From Verrucomicrobiia bacterium (GTDB taxonomy: Bacteria > Verrucomicrobiota > Verrucomicrobiia > Limisphaerales > UBA1319), in the NCBI GenBank assembly GCA_963664225.1, contig OY760937.1:2656001-2720000 (forward strand): DNA of 64,000 nt. The letters are read 5' to 3'. Position 1 is the first letter of the stretch, and each line of letters starts with the position of its first letter. Positions 59,227 through 64,000 of the stretch are shown in pieces. A program made the translations under genes and the position numbers. A model generated the notes under the pieces. That model saw only the letters and a list, made by a program, of their open reading frames with translations, searched no databases and was not told the origin of the DNA.

Positions 59227-59820
59227 TCAATTCGACGGCTTCAGGTCGCGGGACCCGACGGGATTTGCATCCGCATCGCATTTAAGAATAAGGCGCTGAC
59301 GCGACCACGCAATTCTGCTGGATTCATTATGTCCCGCATTTCGCAACATCTGTTCATCGAACACGAAAAGCAATTGAGACAGGCCAGGCTTAAGGTCGAA
59401 ATAGTCTTTAAGGCGAATTCTAAACCCAAGGCGTTTGCATTCGTGCGGTTCATATTCCAGGTTGTCCGCAATCCAATTGTATTGGCCCCCTTTTGGATCG
59501 GAAATAATATCGTCATTCATATCCAGCATTTCAATGTGGTGGCAAATTGCGTCTGCGCGAACACATAATCTGACGGCGTTTGTGAAGTCCGTATGATTGG
59601 TTGTCTCGAGAAAGCCTCTCAAAACCGTTGTGACTGGATCGAAGAATTCGATGTGGAACCTGGCTCCCAGAAATCCTTGGGTCACACCATCGATGATGAT
59701 AGGCGCATGATTTGTGGTTAAGGACAAAGACTGGGTCGGCCACTGGATACGACTCTGCGCCGACTCACCTGCTTGAGCACCCACGAATAAGAAAATAATA
59801 ATCAGGGAAAGGAGTCTCAT
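59227..59820 (-). CDS. Hypothetical secreted protein
   Basis: 197-aa ORF with signal peptide MRLLSLIIIFLFVGAQA; no family recognised. Confidence 0.55.
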   Translation of the reverse strand: MRLLSLIIIFLFVGAQAGESAQSRIQWPTQSLSLTTNHAPIIIDGVTQGFLGARFHIEFFDPVTTVLRGFLETTNHTDFTNAVRLCVRADAICHHIEMLDMNDDIISDPKGGQYNWIADNLEYEPHECKRLGFRIRLKDYFDLKPGLSQLLFVFDEQMLRNAGHNESSRIAWSRQRLILKCDADANPVGSRDLKPSN

Positions 59821-59937
59821 TAGTGATATAAATTGATCACCCCATCTTCCGGTGCGTTTTTCATCTCTTACATTGTTCACAATCCACCCTCTCAAGCGCC
59901 GCCCGCCAGGCCCAAGTCCATTTCCGCGTTCACTTCA

Positions 59938-60042
59938 TCCCAGCGGTGTGGTGCGGCATTGGCACTCATGGAACGCCCCAACCCTAGGCGGCCGACAATG
60001 CGTTTCAATGACAATGTTGCTTTGCTCCTTAACTCGGGCGCA
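59938..60042 (-). pseudogene. Possible remnant of a Y1/RAYT-like transposase C-terminus
   Basis: LRSKATLSLKRIVGRLGLGRSMSANAAPHRW resembles, from memory, the HTH tail of verrucomicrobial transposases; no upstream HUH domain. Confidence 0.35.
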
Positions 60043-60195
60043 GGACAAAATTCTTCAGCTCCAGAAGAAATCCAAGAAAGGCTGATGGAAATATTTATGA
60101 AACGATAATACCAGTTATTTAACAAACATTATTAGCCGGAAACCGGATGCCGCACGAGGGCGTGTGGCATACAACATATTCAGGTGCACCACCTT

Positions 60196-60219
60196 GTAGG
60201 CCCGGTGCCCTCACCGGGC
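60196..60219 (+). repeat. GTAG-type REP-like element
   Basis: GTAG followed by a perfect 8-bp hairpin GCCCGGTG-CCCT-CACCGGGC. Confidence 0.55.
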
Positions 60220-60301
60220 GTCTTCCTTGTTTTCCTCCTTTTTTGGTTTTGTCGCCTACCTGAATTTTGTCCTGTATCCCCGTAACCCGGGCGCAGGATT
60301 T

Positions 60302-60364
60302 GACCTCCGCCCTCTGATCTATGCCCTTCGCCCACCGCCCTCCGCCTTCAGCCCTCAGCCCTCC
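60302..60364. repeat. Degenerate heptamer tandem repeat (9 units, consensus GCCCTCC/A)
   Basis: GACCTCC GCCCTCT GATCTAT GCCCTTC GCCCACC GCCCTCC GCCTTCA GCCCTCA GCCCTCC. Confidence 0.75.
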
Positions 60365-60370
60365 GTTCCT

Positions 60371-61021
60371 TCAGATTTCGACAATGACCTCCTGTTTTGG
60401 AAAGCGGACTTTCTTGAGCGAGGCGTAATGGTCGCTGGCGGCGCGATAACCCGCGGTGGCGACCACCACGGCGCTCAAGCCCTGTTTGTTGAGCCCGAGA
60501 ATTGCGTCATATTTGTCCTTCTCGATGCCCTCCATGGGGCACGCGTCGATGCCGAGCAGCGCCGCGCTGTTGAGGAAGTTGCCCAGCGCGATATACACCT
60601 GGCGGGTGGCCCAGGTCTGGCGGGCCGCCGCGTCCATGCCCTGGACGATCCCGCCCAGCATCATGTCGCGATAGGCGGACAGCGACGCACGCGGGACGCC
60701 GCGGACTTCCGCGATGCGGTCCACGAAACTCTCCACGTCCTGCGCGCCGATCTGCTTCTTGACGGCGAAAACGACCAGGTGCGAGGCGTCCGCGATCTGC
60801 CGCTGCCCCCAGGAGACGGGAACGAGCTTTTCGCGCAATGCCGGGTCCGTGACCAAGACGAATTTCCAGGGCTGGAGGCCGAAGGAGGAGGGCGTGAGCA
60901 GGAGCGATTGCTCCAGGGCTGCCCAATCCGCGGGATCGATCTTGCGTCCCGGATCGAACTGCTTGGTGGCATAGCGCCAGTTGAGTTGCTCAATCAATTG
61001 ATTACGATTTATGGGATTCAT
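60371..61021 (-). CDS. NfsB-like nitroreductase
   Basis: WRYATKQFD, PSSFGLQPW, IDACPMEG, GYR...KVR. Confidence 0.93.
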   Translation of the reverse strand: MNPINRNQLIEQLNWRYATKQFDPGRKIDPADWAALEQSLLLTPSSFGLQPWKFVLVTDPALREKLVPVSWGQRQIADASHLVVFAVKKQIGAQDVESFVDRIAEVRGVPRASLSAYRDMMLGGIVQGMDAAARQTWATRQVYIALGNFLNSAALLGIDACPMEGIEKDKYDAILGLNKQGLSAVVVATAGYRAASDHYASLKKVRFPKQEVIVEI

Positions 61022-61057
61022 ATTCTGTGTAAATTTCAGATCGGACTGCTAATACTA

Positions 61058-61669
61058 TCAGCGCGCGGCGGCGCCGGCCACGCTTAAGGAGATTTCAATG
61101 TCCTCGGAAACACTGGCCTGGGGCGCTGCGGGGTTGATGCCGAAATCGCTGCGTTTGATGGTAAAAGTGGACCGGATCACCAACAGGTCGCCCTTCATAT
61201 TGGGCACGCGCTGACCGAGCTTGTCCTTGAGGTAGGTCAGTTTCACGGGGGCGGTGATTTCCTTTGAGACGCCCTTGATGGTGAGGGTGCCCACGGCGTC
61301 GGCGGTGGTGTTGTCGCCGTCGGTCTTCACATTCTTGAGTTCCCTGGCCGCAAACGTGATGTTCGTGTATTTCTCCACGTCCAGCCACATCGCGCTGTGA
61401 AGGTGGCCCTTCATCATCGGGTTGGGCACGTTCAAGCTCGATGCCGCCACGACAATGCTGCCCTTGGTGTCGCCCGGTTTTTCCGGATCGAACGTCACCA
61501 GGCCGGTGATGCCGTTGGCGCTGCCCTGAATGGCTTCAAGTGTGGCGTCGAGTTTGAAGACGGCGTTGTTCACACCTTTCGGGTCCTTGAAGTCGAAGGT
61601 CTGCGGTTCGGCGAACGCAATCGTGGTGAATGTGGCAAGGCCGATCAGTGCGAGGAGTGATTTGTTCAT
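61058..61669 (-). CDS. YceI-family periplasmic lipid-binding protein
   Basis: Signal peptide; HL...WLDVEKY..ITF, GTLTIKGVSK, IKRSDFGI. Confidence 0.9.
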   Translation of the reverse strand: MNKSLLALIGLATFTTIAFAEPQTFDFKDPKGVNNAVFKLDATLEAIQGSANGITGLVTFDPEKPGDTKGSIVVAASSLNVPNPMMKGHLHSAMWLDVEKYTNITFAARELKNVKTDGDNTTADAVGTLTIKGVSKEITAPVKLTYLKDKLGQRVPNMKGDLLVIRSTFTIKRSDFGINPAAPQASVSEDIEISLSVAGAAAR

Positions 61670-61687
61670 GATGTGATTTTGGTTTGT

Positions 61688-61933
61688 TTAATGTTTGCGG
61701 AAAAGAAAGGACGTGCCCGCAAGGAGCCCGGCTCCCAGCAGCGCGCCGCCCAGAAAATCGAGACCGGGAACGAATTGTTTATGGTATTCGATGCCCTCGA
61801 TTCCGGTCACTGCATCGAGAGTTTTTACAGGGACACTGGTGCGGGTCCAACCCCGGTTGGCGCCGGTGGCGAGCCAGGTCAGACCCGCTGCAAGCAGGAG
61901 AACCAGTGCGAATATGCGCAGGATGCGTTTCAT
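61688..61933 (-). CDS. Small two-TM membrane protein
   Basis: 81-aa ORF between pirin and YceI with two hydrophobic segments around GANRGWT...FVPGLDF. Confidence 0.65.
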   Translation of the reverse strand: MKRILRIFALVLLLAAGLTWLATGANRGWTRTSVPVKTLDAVTGIEGIEYHKQFVPGLDFLGGALLGAGLLAGTSFLFRKH

Positions 61934-61955
61934 GGTTTGGCGCCGTTGTGGCGGT

Positions 61956-62657
61956 TTATTCCAGGTCAAACAGTAGCACCTGGGACGGTTTCGTGCCGGA
62001 AAGTTTCACGGCCGACTCGTCGGAAAACGCGGCGGCGTCGCCCGCCTTGAGCGAGTGCCCGTTGAGCTTCACTTCGCCCTCCGCCACATGCACCCAGGCA
62101 TGGCGGCCCGGTTTCAATGCCTGAACCACTTCGTTCCCAGCCTCCAACTGCGCAATGTAAAGGTCCGCATCCTGGTGGATCGTCAGGGAACCCTCGCGTC
62201 CCAATTTGGAGGCAACCAGGTTGAATTGCCCTTTGGGCGCAGTGGCCAGGGACTTCTCCGCGTAATGCGGTTTGAGCCCATCCTGATCGGGCAATATCCA
62301 GATCTGGAGCAGATGCACGGCCTCGTCTTTTGAGGGATTGAACTCGCTGTGGCGAACCCCCGTGCCGGCGGACATGTATTGCACTTCGCCCGGCCGGATG
62401 ATGCGTCCGTTGCCCATGGAATCCTTGTGCTCGAGCGCGCCGCTCAGGACGTAGGTGATGATCTCCATGTCGCGATGGGGATGCGTTCCAAATCCCATTC
62501 CCGGCATCACCAGGTCGTCATTGATGACGCGCAGGGAGCTGAACCCCATCCACTGCGGATCGTAATAGTCCGCGAAACTGAACGTATGATACGAATCCAG
62601 CCAGCCGTGCTCGGCGTGGCCTCTTTCATTCGCTTTTCGAATCTTAATCATGGTCAT
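61956..62657 (-). CDS. Pirin-family protein (YhhW-like)
   Basis: HGWLDSYHTFSFA, LRVINDD, HPHRDMEI, HSE, LQIWI. Confidence 0.95.
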   Translation of the reverse strand: MTMIKIRKANERGHAEHGWLDSYHTFSFADYYDPQWMGFSSLRVINDDLVMPGMGFGTHPHRDMEIITYVLSGALEHKDSMGNGRIIRPGEVQYMSAGTGVRHSEFNPSKDEAVHLLQIWILPDQDGLKPHYAEKSLATAPKGQFNLVASKLGREGSLTIHQDADLYIAQLEAGNEVVQALKPGRHAWVHVAEGEVKLNGHSLKAGDAAAFSDESAVKLSGTKPSQVLLFDLE

Positions 62658-62706
62658 AAGCTATCATGCTGACCCTGGACATGCGTAAGACCGTGTTTCT
62701 TGACTC

Positions 62707-62727
62707 AGCATAACCATGAGGTATGCT
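62707..62727. promoter_or_regulatory. LysR-type T-N11-A operator
   Basis: AGCATA-N9-TATGCT dyad (T62711...A62723) between the divergent pirin and LysR genes. Confidence 0.65.
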
Positions 62728-62736
62728 CAAAGGGAG

Positions 62737-63636
62737 ATGGAATTGCGTCACCTTCGGTATTTTGTCGCCGCGGCGGAGTCTGAAAACGTCTCGCGGGCCG
62801 CGTTGAAACTGCACGTTTCCCAGCCCGCGCTGAGCCGCCAGATTCGCGATCTGGAGGACGAAATCGGTTTCCCTCTTTTCATCCGCAGCGCCAAATCGGT
62901 GAGCCTGACGGAGGCCGGACGGGAGTTTTTGACCGGATCGCGGGCCGTGTTGCAGCGTGCCGAGGAGGCCGTGAGCGTTGCGCGGGCCATTGCATTCGAT
63001 GGTCGCGGCGAAATTCACGTGGGCTACGCGCCGTCTCCCACGGTGCGGATTCTCCCCCCCACATTGCGCGCGTTCCAGGAGCAGTTGCCCCATGTGCGGG
63101 TCCGGTTGCACGACCTGTCCACGGAGGAAATGCTGGCCGGTGTGCGTGAGGGGAACCTGAAGATCGCCTTCATTGCGCAGCCGGGACGCGCCGAGTTGCG
63201 GGGGCTGCGCTGGGAGGAACTGGCGCGCGATCCGATGCGCCTGGCCGTGCCGCCCAATCACGCCTTCGCCAGCCTCCGATCCGTCACCCGGGCGCAGGCG
63301 GCGAAAGAGCCTTTGGTGGCCTTTACCCGCAAGGACTATCCCGAGTACCACGAATTTCTGGAAAATCTTTTTGCCGGCCTGAAAGCCAGGCCCCGCATTG
63401 CCGAGGAACACGACAGCGCGAGCAGCTTGATCGCCGCGATCGAGGCGGGCATCGGCGTGGCCGTGGTGGCGCAAACCCTGGCCTGCTCCGCGGGACCGCG
63501 CCTGAAACTCATCCCGTTGACACCCGAACCCGAGCCGCTGGTTATCGGCGCCGTCTGGCTGAAGGCGGGCCTTGGGGCGACCGGTGAGCAATTTCTGAAA
63601 TCCGCCAGAGTGGCAATCGCGAAGAAGGCAGGATGA
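62737..63636 (+). CDS. LysR-family transcriptional regulator
   Basis: MELRHLRYF, AALKLHVSQPALSRQIRDLE, LTEAG; GGGAG just before the ATG. Confidence 0.95.
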   Translation: MELRHLRYFVAAAESENVSRAALKLHVSQPALSRQIRDLEDEIGFPLFIRSAKSVSLTEAGREFLTGSRAVLQRAEEAVSVARAIAFDGRGEIHVGYAPSPTVRILPPTLRAFQEQLPHVRVRLHDLSTEEMLAGVREGNLKIAFIAQPGRAELRGLRWEELARDPMRLAVPPNHAFASLRSVTRAQAAKEPLVAFTRKDYPEYHEFLENLFAGLKARPRIAEEHDSASSLIAAIEAGIGVAVVAQTLACSAGPRLKLIPLTPEPEPLVIGAVWLKAGLGATGEQFLKSARVAIAKKAG

Positions 63637-63743
63637 GCGCGGCATCCAGCGCGCCAATGGCTGCCTGCAACCGGGCCCCAATGATTTTATAAACAGGGCG
63701 CCGGGCCGAACACCCGGAGCCCTGCTGTGTCAGGACCTCTGCC

Positions 63744-63836
63744 TTAGTCCTTTTTCTGGCGGATGAACCAGTAGGAGGTCACTCCAATCAATACGATGAC
63801 CGTCCACAAAATCCAACGGATATATTCCTCTTTCAT
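63744..63836 (-). CDS. 30-aa single-TM small protein
   Basis: Manual translation MKEEYIRWILWTVIVLIGVTSYWFIRQKKD*; below the ORF-track size cut-off. Confidence 0.5.
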   Translation of the reverse strand: MKEEYIRWILWTVIVLIGVTSYWFIRQKKD

Positions 63837-64000
63837 GATGATATCTCAATGGGTTCAAAATGATTCGTCTGAAACCGTGACGGCTCCAGGGTTCTCCCAC
63901 AGCGCCCGCAAAACTGCCATTTCTGTATGGCCTTGCGAACCGCGAGGGACCGTGAGGAAGCGCCTTAAGCGACGCAGGGATCCCGGGGAAAGAGGGCGGT

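Noticed and set aside
60302..60364. CRISPR array
   Set aside because: 7-nt period with no spacers and no cas genes; no CRISPR array seen anywhere in the window.

Overview
A GC-rich bacterial chromosomal window, most likely Verrucomicrobiota/PVC (inferred from a prepilin H-X9-DG protein, ThuA/DUF1080, many Sec/Tat glycoside hydrolases and C-terminal F[YF]R-ending domains). It holds an exosortase plus NusG paralog, mrp/SufT, a TolC-adaptor-MacB-type efflux operon, CAZymes (GH2, GH39-esterase fusion, GH36, GH92, two GH9, GH43-like), a cysI-cysH-cysD-cysNC cluster followed by a tandem adenylate kinase, a GntR sugar operon, a PrcB plus S8 protease pair, a wbpP-like epimerase and a LysR/pirin/YceI/nitroreductase locus. 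Highlights: (1) two orphan tandem Hcp (T6SS tube) genes that both carry cleavable Sec signal peptides, one with an extra C-terminal domain, and no other T6SS gene in the window; (2) an intact IS110 element whose CT cores, circle-junction promoter and four candidate bridge-RNA guides can be read directly, inserted so that excision would restore a ThuA-DUF1080 gene; (3) two AT-richer islets, each a small gene plus a predicted protease; (4) an ISAzo13-family element with a nonsense mutation that duplicated a stop codon. All family calls come from motif recognition by eye; no database searches were run.
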